64,000 nt of DNA from an uncultured Actinomycetes bacterium (GTDB lineage: Bacteria; Actinomycetota; UBA4738; HRBIN12). Location: assembly GCA_963704725.1 (NCBI GenBank), contig OY969934.1, positions 1,600,001-1,664,000 on the forward strand, read 5' to 3'. Of the stretch, positions 19,900-29,069 are shown in pieces (position 1 is the first letter of the stretch; every line of letters starts with the position of its first letter). Under the pieces are notes generated by a model that searched no databases, had not been told where the DNA came from, and worked only from the letters and a program-made list of their open reading frames with translations. A program made the translations under genes and the position numbers.

Positions 19900-22050
19900 A
19901 TGGGAGAGAAGATCCGCGACGACCCCGCGCTGGAGCGTTCGACGCGGCGATGGCAGACATCGGGCATGGTCGTGTTCCTCCTCCTCGTCCTCGCCTTCCC
20001 CGTCTACCGGCTGACCGAGGGAGGGCGCCTGGACGACGCGCGGGCGTCGGAGCATGCCGCGCAGATCGCGGCGGGGCGGCAGCTCTGGTCGCTCAACTGC
20101 TCGAGCTGCCACGGGGCGCAGGGAGAGGGCGTGGACGCGCCCGCGCTGAACTCCCAGGAGTTCCTGCAGAGCGTCTCGGACCGGCAGATCCACGGCATCG
20201 TGGCCGGCGGGATCCCGGGCTCGGCGATGCCCGCCTGGCTGGACGAGTACGGCGGACCGCTCACCGATCAGCAGATCGCCGCCCTCGTCGCCTTCGTCCG
20301 GTCCTGGGAGCCGACCGCGCCGAGCGTTCCCGACTGGCGGACCCCGTCCGGAGTCGCCGTGATGCGGGCGATGGCCGGCGCTCGGACCCGGCGCCGCATC
20401 GTGGCCGCCGTGCCGCTCGTGCTGGCGATGACCGCGTGCGTGGCGCAGGGTCAGAACCCGGCGGCGTCGCGCACGGTCGTGTTCATCCCCGGATCGGGCG
20501 CCGCGGAAGGGCCCGCTCTGTTGGGGTACGACGACCCGTCGAAGTCCGGCTCGGTGGTCTCCGTCGCCCTGGGCACCACCTCGCCCAGTCAGATGACGAT
20601 CGAGCTGTCCCAATCGGTGGCGCCCCAGGGCAGCGTCTCCTTCCTGGTCACCAACACCGCGGCCGAGACCCACGAGTTCGTGGTCCTGCAGACCGACCAG
20701 CCCGCCGATGCCTTCCCGGTCGTGTCCTTCGAGGGGGAGGCCAACCGCATCGACGAGGAGGCCACCGGCGTCATCAACGTGGGCGAGACCGGCGACATGG
20801 AGGCCGGTGCCGTCCAGATGCTCACGCTGGACCTGCCGCCCGGTCACTACGCCGTGGTCTGCAACCTGCCGGGCCACTACGCCGCCGGGATGCACCAGGA
20901 CTTCTGGGTCACCCCGACGGGGTCGACCCCGGTCTCCGTCGCCCTGGGCACCACCTCGCCCAGTCAGATGACGATCGAGCTGTCCCAATCGGTGGCGCCC
21001 CAGGGCAGCGTCTCCTTCCTGGTCACCAACACCGCGGCCGAGACCCACGAGTTCGTGGTCCTGCAGACCGACCAGCCCGCCGATGCCTTCCCGGTCGTGT
21101 CCTTCGAGGGGGAGGCCAACCGCATCGACGAGGAGGCCACCGGCGTCATCAACGTGGGCGAGACCGGCGACATGGAGGCCGGTGCCGTCCAGATGCTCAC
21201 GCTGGACCTGCCGCCCGGTCACTACGCCGTGGTCTGCAACCTGCCGGGCCACTACGCCGCCGGGATGCACCAGGACTTCTGGGTCACCCCGACGGGGTCG
21301 ACCCCGGTCTCCGTCGCCCTGGGCACCACCTCGCCCAGTCAGATGACGATCGAGCTGTCCCAATCGGTGGCGCCCCAGGGCAGCGTCTCCTTCCTGGTCA
21401 CCAACACCGCGGCCGAGACCCACGAGTTCGTGGTCCTGCAGACCGACCAGCCCGCCGATGCCTTCCCGGTCGTGTCCTTCGAGGGGGAGGCCAACCGCAT
21501 CGACGAGGAGGCCACCGGCGTCATCAACGTGGGCGAGACCGGCGACATGGAGGCCGGTGCCGTCCAGATGCTCACGCTGGACCTGCCGCCCGGTCACTAC
21601 GCCGTGGTCTGCAACCTGCCGGGCCACTACGCCGCCGGGATGCACCAGGACTTCTGGGTCACCCCGACGGGGTCGACCCCGGTCTCCGTCGCCCTGGGCA
21701 CCACCTCGCCCAGTCAGATGACGATCGAGCTGTCCCAATCGGTGGCGCCCCAGGGCAGCGTCTCCTTCCTGGTCACCAACACCGCGGCCGAGACCCACGA
21801 GTTCGTGGTCCTGCAGACCGACCAGCCCGCCGATGCCTTCCCGGTCGTGTCCTTCGAGGGGGAGGCCAACCGCATCGACGAGGAGGCCACCGGCGTCATC
21901 AACGTGGGCGAGACCGGCGACATGGAGGCCGGTGCCGTCCAGATGCTCACGCTGGACCTGCCGCCCGGTCACTACGCCGTGGTCTGCAACCTGCCGGGCC
22001 ACTACGCCGCCGGGATGCACCAGGACTTCTGGGTCACCCCGCGCCCCTGA
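19900..22050 (+). CDS. membrane-anchored cytochrome c in frame with four tandem cupredoxin domains (possibly two genes; see findings)
   Basis: N-terminal TM, CSSCH plus axial-Met AMPAW; four copies of THEF…CNLPGHYAAGM. Confidence 0.8.
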   Translation: MGEKIRDDPALERSTRRWQTSGMVVFLLLVLAFPVYRLTEGGRLDDARASEHAAQIAAGRQLWSLNCSSCHGAQGEGVDAPALNSQEFLQSVSDRQIHGIVAGGIPGSAMPAWLDEYGGPLTDQQIAALVAFVRSWEPTAPSVPDWRTPSGVAVMRAMAGARTRRRIVAAVPLVLAMTACVAQGQNPAASRTVVFIPGSGAAEGPALLGYDDPSKSGSVVSVALGTTSPSQMTIELSQSVAPQGSVSFLVTNTAAETHEFVVLQTDQPADAFPVVSFEGEANRIDEEATGVINVGETGDMEAGAVQMLTLDLPPGHYAVVCNLPGHYAAGMHQDFWVTPTGSTPVSVALGTTSPSQMTIELSQSVAPQGSVSFLVTNTAAETHEFVVLQTDQPADAFPVVSFEGEANRIDEEATGVINVGETGDMEAGAVQMLTLDLPPGHYAVVCNLPGHYAAGMHQDFWVTPTGSTPVSVALGTTSPSQMTIELSQSVAPQGSVSFLVTNTAAETHEFVVLQTDQPADAFPVVSFEGEANRIDEEATGVINVGETGDMEAGAVQMLTLDLPPGHYAVVCNLPGHYAAGMHQDFWVTPTGSTPVSVALGTTSPSQMTIELSQSVAPQGSVSFLVTNTAAETHEFVVLQTDQPADAFPVVSFEGEANRIDEEATGVINVGETGDMEAGAVQMLTLDLPPGHYAVVCNLPGHYAAGMHQDFWVTPRP
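20556..22041 (+). repeat. tandem repeat, ~3.96 x 375 bp, apparently identical
   Basis: unit starts at 20556, 20931, 21306, 21681; shadow ORFs in other frames recur with identical translations at 375-bp spacing. Confidence 0.95.
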
Positions 22051-22074
22051 GGCCCGACCCCGCGGTCGGAGCGG

Positions 22075-22476
22075 TCAGCCGACCGGCTCGATCCGGAGAT
22101 CCGTGTGCCGCGCGATGGCGTCGAAGTCCCGGTTGTCGTGCAGCAGACTAGCGCCCGCTCGGATCGCGACCGCCGCGATCAGGCAATCCGTCATCTTCCG
22201 GATGGTCTCGCCCGCCCCCCAACACTGACGGTAGATCCGGGCCGCCTCCTCGTACCCATGAAGGCCGAGAAGGGGAACGACCGGGTACTCGAGGATCGTC
22301 CCGCGGATCGTGGTGGCATCACGCTCCGTTCGAGCGCCCGCGAGAAGCTCCATGACGACGATCTCGCTGGTCACGAGGTCCGCGTCCTCCTCCACGAGGC
22401 TTCGCAGCGCGTGATGCATCGGCGAAGTCGATCCGCGCAGGAACTCCACCCAGGCGCTCGAGTCGGGCAGGATCAC
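22075..22476 (-). CDS. vapC: VapC PIN-domain toxin
   Basis: ILPDSSAW, VVMELLAGAR, DCLIAAVAI, LHDNRDF. Confidence 0.92.
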   Translation of the reverse strand: MILPDSSAWVEFLRGSTSPMHHALRSLVEEDADLVTSEIVVMELLAGARTERDATTIRGTILEYPVVPLLGLHGYEEAARIYRQCWGAGETIRKMTDCLIAAVAIRAGASLLHDNRDFDAIARHTDLRIEPVG

Positions 22477-22694
22477 AGCTTCTCGACGACGCGACCACCG
22501 CGCATCTCATCCAGGTCCCCGCTCCAGCCGATCCCTTCGAGAGCCAGCGTCTTCTGCTTCCGTCCCTGTGCCCGGGCGGCGTACCGGAGGGCGAAGTCGA
22601 TCGCCTCGCGCTTGGTGCGGAGCCCGTACAGATCCATGACCCGACGAAGCAGCCCCTCGTCGACCACCACGTTCGTTCTCACCTTCCGCCCCAT
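22473..22694 (-). CDS. vapB: VapB antitoxin
   Basis: RTNVVVDE…GLRTKREAIDFAL…GWSGDLDEMR; overlaps vapC start. Confidence 0.88.
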   Translation of the reverse strand: MGRKVRTNVVVDEGLLRRVMDLYGLRTKREAIDFALRYAARAQGRKQKTLALEGIGWSGDLDEMRGGRVVEKL

Positions 22695-22715
22695 GTCTCC
22701 ACCCTAGCACCGACA

Positions 22716-22731
22716 TACACCTCGATGTGTA
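22716..22731. promoter_or_regulatory. candidate VapBC operator
   Basis: TACAC-N6-GTGTA inverted repeat just upstream of the vapB -10 (TAGGGT, minus strand 22706-22701). Confidence 0.35.
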
Positions 22732-22898
22732 CGCGAGGCGTCAGCGTTCATCGATCCGACGCGGCGCGGCGGGAATGGGACGTCATCGACTCGCTCCGGT
22801 TCCTCCGCCGTGACGCCGAGGGAGCCGGCCACAGCCTGAGCGGCCCGCCGTAGACTGAGCGCGAAACCCGGCCCGAACCCACCTGGGAGGCATCCACG

Positions 22899-25619
22899 AT
22901 GGCCAAGTACGTCTACGACTTCTCCGAAGGCAACAAGGACATGAAGGACCTCCTCGGCGGCAAGGGGGCCAACCTCGCCGAGATGACCAACATGGGCCTA
23001 CCGGTTCCGCACGGCTTCACCGTGTCCACGCAGGCGTGCCTGGCCTACCTCGCGAACGGCGACTTCCCCGACGGACTGATGGAAGAGGTCGAGACGCATC
23101 TGCAGACCCTGGAGTCCGCCATGGGCAAGAGGCTCGGCGACGCCGAGGATCCGCTGCTCGTCTCCGTCCGCAGCGGCGCGAAGTTCTCGATGCCGGGGAT
23201 GATGGACACGGTCCTGAACCTCGGCGCGGGCGAGCACTCGCTCGAGGGCCTGGCCAAGCAGTCCAACGGTGACTGGCGCTTCGCCTGGGACGCGTGCCGC
23301 CGGTTCGTCCAGATGTTCGGCAAGATCGTCATGGACGTGCCGGGCGAGGAGTTCGAGCACGCGCTCGACCGCGCGAAGCAGGCCAAGGGCGAGGGCGCGA
23401 AGGACACGGACCTCGACGCCGACGACCTCAAGGCGCTGCACGGCGAGTTCCTCGATATCTACAAGCGCCACACGGGCAGCGACTTCCCGACCGAGCCGCG
23501 CGAGCAGCTGCGGCTGTCGATCGAGGCCGTCTTCCGCTCCTGGAACGGCAAGCGGGCCCGCGACTACCGCCGCCAGAACAAGATCAGCGACGACCTCGGT
23601 ACCGCCGTGAACGTCCAGGCCATGGTGTTCGGCAACCGGGGGATGGACTCGGGGACCGGGGTGGCGTTCACGCGCGACCCGAGCACCGGCGAGAAGCTCC
23701 CCTACGGCGACTACCTGGAGAACGCGCAGGGCGAAGACGTCGTGGCGGGCATCCGGAACACGAAGCGCATCGAGCAGCTCGAGGAGCTCGACCCGAGCTC
23801 GTACCACCAGCTCATCGGCGTCATGGAAACGCTCGAGGGCCACTACCGCGACATGTGCGACATCGAGTTCACGATCGAGAAGGGCAGGCTCTGGATCCTG
23901 CAGACGCGGATCGGCAAGCGGACCGCCCTCGCCGAGTGGGTCATGGCCTACGACATGCTCGAGGAGGGTCTCGTCGACGAGGACACCGCCCTGCTGCGCG
24001 TCGACGCCAACCGTCTCGAGGAGCTGTTCAAGCGCCGCGTGAAGGCGGGCGGCGCCGAACCGATCGCCCGCGGCCTGAACGCCTCGCCGGGCGCGGCCAT
24101 CGGCGGCGTCGTGTTCTCGGCGGACGAGGCCGAGGAGCGGGCCAAGGGCGGGGACAAGGTGATCCTCGTCCGGCGCGAGACGACCCCCGACGACTACCAC
24201 GGCATGATCGCCTCGCAGGGGATCCTCACGAGCGCCGGCGGCACCAACTCACACGCGGCCGTCGTCGCCCGCGGGGAGGGCATCCCGGCCGTCTGCGGGG
24301 CCGACTCGATCAAGCTCGACCCGTCCACGCGGTCGTTCACGGCAAACGGCACCACCGTGCACGAGGGCGAGGTCGTCACGATCGACGGCTTCACGGGCAA
24401 CGTGTTCGTGGGCGAGCTGCCGCTCGAGGAGTCGGTGCTGGAGAAGGCCCGCTCGGGGGACTCGGCGGCGCAACGGGAGCGGATCTGGAAGGCGTTCGAG
24501 CGCCTCATGGCGCACGCCGACGCCCGCCGGCGCCTCCGCGTCCGCGCCAACGCCGACACCCCCGACCAGTCGGAGAACGCGAGGGCCCGCGGCGCCCAGG
24601 GGATCGGCCTGTGCCGCACCGAGCACATGTTCCTGGGCCAGGAGCGCGTGGCCGCCGTCCAGCAGATGATCTTCGCCGAGACGGCCGAGGAGGAGCAGCA
24701 GGCCTACGACGTCCTGCTTCCGCTGCAGCGCGGCGACTTCGTCGGCATCTTCCGGGCCATGGACGGGCTCCCCGTCACGGTCCGCCTCCTCGACCCGCCG
24801 CTGCACGAGTTCCTGCCGAACCAGGTCGACCTCGCCGTCGGGGTGGCCCGCGCCGAGGAGCGCGGGGAGAGGTCGATCATGTTGCGGGACGAGCAGATTC
24901 CTCTCGACGACGCGAAGGCCATCCTGCGAAAGGTGAACGAGCTCCACGAAGCCAACCCCATGCTCGGCCTGCGCGGGGTGCGCCTGGGGATCGTGAAGCC
25001 GGGGCTGTACGCGATGCAGGTCCGGGCCATCTGCGAGGCGGCCGCCCAGGTCAAGAAGGAGGGGGGCGACCCGCAGGTCGAGATCATGATCCCGCTCGTG
25101 GCGACCCGCGCCGAGCTCGAGCAGATGCGGGCCGAGCTCGAGCCCGTGGCCAGGGACGTCCTGGAGCGCGAGGGCGTCGAGCTCGACCATCTCGAGTGGG
25201 GCACGATGATCGAGGTGCCGCGCGCGGCGGTCACCGCCGGCGAGATCGCCGAGGTCGCCGAGTTCTTCTCCTTCGGGACCAACGACCTGACGCAGATGGG
25301 GTTCGGCTTCAGCCGGGACGACATCGGCAAGTTCGTCGGCATGTACGAGGAGCGCAAGCTCGTGCCGGCCAACCCCTTCGTGACCATCGATCGCCCGGGC
25401 ATCGGGCGCCTGATGCGGATCGCGGCCGAGGAGGGCAAGGCGGCGAACCCGAAGCTGCACCTCGGCATCTGCGGCGAGCACGGCGGCGACCCCGCGAGCG
25501 TCGTGTTCTGTCACGAGGTGGGGCTCGACTACGTGAGCTGCTCACCCTTCCGGGTCGAGACCGCCCGGCTGGCTGCGGGGCAGGCCGTGGTCGGCTCGGC
25601 GGAGTCCGCCTCTAAGTAG
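22899..25619 (+). CDS. ppdK: pyruvate, phosphate dikinase
   Basis: LGGKGANL, PLLVSVRSGA, TNSHAAVVARG phospho-His, GIGLCRTEHMF, FSFGTNDLTQ, GICGEHGGDP. Confidence 0.97.
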   Translation: MAKYVYDFSEGNKDMKDLLGGKGANLAEMTNMGLPVPHGFTVSTQACLAYLANGDFPDGLMEEVETHLQTLESAMGKRLGDAEDPLLVSVRSGAKFSMPGMMDTVLNLGAGEHSLEGLAKQSNGDWRFAWDACRRFVQMFGKIVMDVPGEEFEHALDRAKQAKGEGAKDTDLDADDLKALHGEFLDIYKRHTGSDFPTEPREQLRLSIEAVFRSWNGKRARDYRRQNKISDDLGTAVNVQAMVFGNRGMDSGTGVAFTRDPSTGEKLPYGDYLENAQGEDVVAGIRNTKRIEQLEELDPSSYHQLIGVMETLEGHYRDMCDIEFTIEKGRLWILQTRIGKRTALAEWVMAYDMLEEGLVDEDTALLRVDANRLEELFKRRVKAGGAEPIARGLNASPGAAIGGVVFSADEAEERAKGGDKVILVRRETTPDDYHGMIASQGILTSAGGTNSHAAVVARGEGIPAVCGADSIKLDPSTRSFTANGTTVHEGEVVTIDGFTGNVFVGELPLEESVLEKARSGDSAAQRERIWKAFERLMAHADARRRLRVRANADTPDQSENARARGAQGIGLCRTEHMFLGQERVAAVQQMIFAETAEEEQQAYDVLLPLQRGDFVGIFRAMDGLPVTVRLLDPPLHEFLPNQVDLAVGVARAEERGERSIMLRDEQIPLDDAKAILRKVNELHEANPMLGLRGVRLGIVKPGLYAMQVRAICEAAAQVKKEGGDPQVEIMIPLVATRAELEQMRAELEPVARDVLEREGVELDHLEWGTMIEVPRAAVTAGEIAEVAEFFSFGTNDLTQMGFGFSRDDIGKFVGMYEERKLVPANPFVTIDRPGIGRLMRIAAEEGKAANPKLHLGICGEHGGDPASVVFCHEVGLDYVSCSPFRVETARLAAGQAVVGSAESASK

Positions 25620-25735
25620 CCGAATCCCCCGCGTTCCGCCGCATCACCCCCTCGACGGGTGATGCGCGCGGGCGCACGCCCGCACTATCCTCGCTCGTCT
25701 CCCCGCCTCCCCGCGAGCAAAGGAGGTGGTGTCTC

Positions 25736-26347
25736 GTGCGGATCACGGCACGGCCGCGATCCCGGATCGGGCGATTCGGGATGCGCGCGCTCTCCACGGT
25801 TCTCGCGCTGCTGCTCCCGTTCCTGCTGGCCTTCCACTGGGCCAACCTCGGGTGGCGCGACAAGCACTACAACTACCCGGCGCGGCCCAACGGGTACACC
25901 CAGATCGTCAACCGGTTCGGGCAGCCGTGCAGCGCAGCCGCGCACGCCATCTCGATGAGCTGGGTCGCGGCCGACACCGGCGCCACGTACACGATCCGGT
26001 TCCACCGCAAGCTCGGCGGGTACCCCACCGAGATGGTCGGGAACAAGGGGGGGTCCTCGACCAACCTCGACAACGACGTCTACGGACACCTCCAGAACGC
26101 ACACCTGCAGCCGTACATCCGGCACGGCATCTACGGCTACCTGTGCCGGACGATCCGCGGCAGCACGACGCAGTGGAGCACCCACGCGTTCGGGATCGCG
26201 GTCGACGTCTCCTCCGCGGCCGAGCCGTTGGGTCAATGCACGTCGACGGTGAATCGCAACACGGCCTCGATCTGGCAGGGCCACAACTGGTACTGGGGTC
26301 TCGCGTTCTGCGACCCCATGCACTTCCAGTACGCGACCGGGTACTGA
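25736..26347 (+). CDS. secreted M15-family (LAS-type) peptidoglycan metallopeptidase
   Basis: AAGGAGG RBS, signal-like N-terminus, STHAFGIAVD and DPMHFQ. Confidence 0.75.
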   Translation: MRITARPRSRIGRFGMRALSTVLALLLPFLLAFHWANLGWRDKHYNYPARPNGYTQIVNRFGQPCSAAAHAISMSWVAADTGATYTIRFHRKLGGYPTEMVGNKGGSSTNLDNDVYGHLQNAHLQPYIRHGIYGYLCRTIRGSTTQWSTHAFGIAVDVSSAAEPLGQCTSTVNRNTASIWQGHNWYWGLAFCDPMHFQYATGY

Positions 26348-26378
26348 GCCCGGCCGCCCGACCGAGAGGGGTGACGAG

Positions 26379-26900
26379 ATGAAGCGCAGATACGCGGTGG
26401 TGCTCGGGATCGCGCTCGGCCTGGTGGGCTCGATCCTGGGCTTCGCCACGGTGGCCCGCACCGAGCCGCAGGATCGGCCCTCCGACGCCCAGACCGGACC
26501 TCGGGTCCCCAAGGACACCGGGGCGGGGGAGTACCTGATCCCCGTCGTCGGCGGCGTCTACCCGTCCAAGGGCGAGGCGGTCGCCGCGAACGAGCAGATG
26601 ATCTTCGGCGACGTCCAGGGCTACTACGTCGCCCCCTTGTCGCAGTTCGGGGGGCTGGCCGAGCGGCTGGGCGTCACGGACGGATACGCGCTCGTGTCCG
26701 TGTTCCGGACGGAGGAGGGAGCGCAGGAGTTCGTGGACATGGCGGCGTCGTTCGGCCTGCCGGCAACGGTGGTCCCGGACCGCGTGGAGAGCTTCGGCGG
26801 CGTGTACGTGGGCTTGGGCCAGGAGGAGAATCTCGAGGGGACCGGACCCCTGTCGGGACCGATCCCCGCGTCGCTCCGCGCCCCGGGGTCGGCAGGGTGA
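26379..26900 (+). CDS. hypothetical exported protein
   Basis: signal peptide; stop overlaps next start. Confidence 0.6.
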   Translation: MKRRYAVVLGIALGLVGSILGFATVARTEPQDRPSDAQTGPRVPKDTGAGEYLIPVVGGVYPSKGEAVAANEQMIFGDVQGYYVAPLSQFGGLAERLGVTDGYALVSVFRTEEGAQEFVDMAASFGLPATVVPDRVESFGGVYVGLGQEENLEGTGPLSGPIPASLRAPGSAG

Positions 26901-27325
26901 TCCGAACCCGCGGCATCGTGCTCGCGCTCGTGGCGCTCGCCGCGTGCGTGAGCTCGAGCGGGTCGAACCCCGGCGACGAGCGACCCGAGTGCCAGATCCG
27001 GTTCGCCGCACCGTCCGGGTTCGACGCGCTCGAGACGTTCGAGGAGGACTACCCGGACCACATCGGCGTGCGCCTGGGATACCGGGACGACGAGCGGAGG
27101 GAGTTCCACGTGCTCGTGGGCATCCCGGGGGAGATCGGCGAGGGACTGCCGACCGCGGGTGACCTGGATCTCCGGGACGGCCTGACCGGGGTCCTCGTGG
27201 GCCGCGACGAGGTCTGGATCGTGGTCTGGAACGAGCACGACATCTGCGACCCCCGCGCCGTGATCGGCAACGGGTTCACCCGCGAGACGTTCGTCGCGGC
27301 CCTGGCGGACGCCGGGCTGATGTGA
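26897..27325 (+). CDS. hypothetical lipoprotein
   Basis: lipobox LAAC; GTGA overlap. Confidence 0.6.
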   Translation: MIRTRGIVLALVALAACVSSSGSNPGDERPECQIRFAAPSGFDALETFEEDYPDHIGVRLGYRDDERREFHVLVGIPGEIGEGLPTAGDLDLRDGLTGVLVGRDEVWIVVWNEHDICDPRAVIGNGFTRETFVAALADAGLM

Positions 27326-27361
27326 GGAGGCGCCTCCCCCTCGGCGCGGTGAGGAGGAGGC

Positions 27362-27757
27362 ATGAAGAAGTGGTGCGTGCTCGCGGCCCTGATGGTCGGT
27401 CTGAGCTCGGCCCCGGCGCAGGCGAAGACCGTGACGATCGCCGCCTCGCCCAACCCGGCACCGGTGGCGGCTCACGTGCGGCACACCGTCGTCGTGGGCG
27501 CGATGGGACGGCTCGACGCCTGGGTGAGCGCGACGGGGTTCCGGCAGCCCGGTTCGGGAACGCTGCCGCCGGGCGTGTGGTCGTTCGAGTGTTGTCCGAG
27601 TCAGGTCGCGGGCACCTCCGCATGGCACTATCGCTCGCTGGGGCTCGTCCCCCCGGGCTCCTACCGGTTCAACGCGGTCGCGAGGACGAGAGGGAACTAC
27701 GTCTCGACCGCGTGGGTGGCGAGCGGCTCGGCGAGCGTCTCGATCCGGATCTCCTGA
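27362..27757 (+). CDS. hypothetical secreted beta-rich protein
   Basis: GGAGG RBS, MKK signal peptide with AQA cleavage site. Confidence 0.65.
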   Translation: MKKWCVLAALMVGLSSAPAQAKTVTIAASPNPAPVAAHVRHTVVVGAMGRLDAWVSATGFRQPGSGTLPPGVWSFECCPSQVAGTSAWHYRSLGLVPPGSYRFNAVARTRGNYVSTAWVASGSASVSIRIS

Positions 27758-27816
27758 GGATCGAGAGGTCGTTGGAACCGTGGGGTCGCTGTCGATGCCG
27801 TTGCTAGCATCGCCCC

Positions 27817-28428
27817 ATGGGCGCGATCCGCCGACACCCCGTGCTGGTCGCCCTGGGTGGTCTGGCGGTCGCGGGGCTGCTCGTCGTCGGGCTCACGGCC
27901 TTCGCCGTGTGGCGAGCGGCGCACACCGACGACGCCAGCCACATCGATCGCGCCGACGTCATCCTCGTCCTCGGCGCCGCGGAGTACGACGGCGACCCCT
28001 CACCCGTGTTCGAGGGGCGCCTGCGGCACGCCGCCCTGCTGTACCGCGAGGGCCACGCCTCCACCGTGCTGGTGCTCGGGGGCTCGGCGCCCGGCGATCG
28101 AACGTCCGAGGCCGAGGCGGGACGGGACTGGCTGATCCAGGACCAGAGCCTGCCGGCCGAGGCGGTCGTCGCGTCGCCGGTCGGCGGGACGACGCTGGAG
28201 AGCCTGGAGGCCGCGGCCGAGTGGATGCGCGGCCGCGGCCTCGACTCCGCGTTCCTGGTCTCCGATCCCTGGCACAACCTCCGCGTGCGCCGGATGGCGT
28301 CGGACCTGGGGATCCAGGCGTACGTGTCGGCCACGTGGCAGTCGGCGGCGCGGACGGAGCGGACCCGGTTCGAGGGCTACGCCCGAGAGACGTTCGCCTA
28401 CCTCGCCTACCGCGTGCTCGGCCACTGA
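27817..28428 (+). CDS. YdcF/ElyC/SanA (DUF218) family protein
   Basis: ADVILVLGAA, SEAEAG, TTLE, VSDPWHNLR, RE motifs. Confidence 0.88.
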   Translation: MGAIRRHPVLVALGGLAVAGLLVVGLTAFAVWRAAHTDDASHIDRADVILVLGAAEYDGDPSPVFEGRLRHAALLYREGHASTVLVLGGSAPGDRTSEAEAGRDWLIQDQSLPAEAVVASPVGGTTLESLEAAAEWMRGRGLDSAFLVSDPWHNLRVRRMASDLGIQAYVSATWQSAARTERTRFEGYARETFAYLAYRVLGH

Positions 28429-28450
28429 GGCCGCGGGTCCGCGTCGCCGG

Positions 28451-28966
28451 TTACGTCACCGTCAGGGTGCCGGTCATCGAGGCGTGGAACCGGCAATGGA
28501 AGGCGTAGGTTCCGGGGTCGAGGCCGATCCGCACGTCTTCGACCGTCCCGGGCTGGAGCGTGACGTCGATGCTCGTTCCGTCGACGGTGAACGAGTGCGG
28601 GGTGCCGGCGTTGGCGTTCTCGACGTGGAGCACGGTCCCGGAGGCGGCCTCGACGCTCGTGGGGGCGAACGCGAAGTTGTCCGCCGTGAGGTCTCCCTGC
28701 ATGCCGCCCGAGCCCTGTCCGCCGTCGTTGCCCGAGCCTCCGCCGCCGTTCCCGTAGTCGTATCGGCCGCCGCCACCGCCGCCGTACGCCCCCCCGCCTC
28801 CCCCGGACGAGCCCGTCGAGCCCGTGCCAGCGGTGGCGCTCGAGCCGGAGCGCGCGCCGGTACTGGCGGCCGCCCCGCTCCCGTCGTCGTTCGCGCACGC
28901 GGCGCCGAGCAGGGCGACGGCGGCCAGGACCGCGGCGACGGACGTCCGGATGTGGACAACGGTCAT
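28451..28966 (-). CDS. cupredoxin-domain lipoprotein with Gly-rich linker
   Basis: lipobox GAAC; HSFT…CRFHASMTG. Confidence 0.78.
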   Translation of the reverse strand: MTVVHIRTSVAAVLAAVALLGAACANDDGSGAAASTGARSGSSATAGTGSTGSSGGGGGAYGGGGGGRYDYGNGGGGSGNDGGQGSGGMQGDLTADNFAFAPTSVEAASGTVLHVENANAGTPHSFTVDGTSIDVTLQPGTVEDVRIGLDPGTYAFHCRFHASMTGTLTVT

Positions 28967-29069
28967 GGGAGGCGCTCCTCGGTGGGTTGGTCGACGAGGG
29001 TAGTACGCACCGGGTCGGCCCGTGGCTTCCGCGACCGGACGGGTCGTCGACCGGCGCTACCATCAAGCC

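Noticed and set aside
20556-22041. Regular repeat as a possible CRISPR array
   Set aside because: Units are 375 bp, contiguous, in frame and lack spacers; no cas genes in the window
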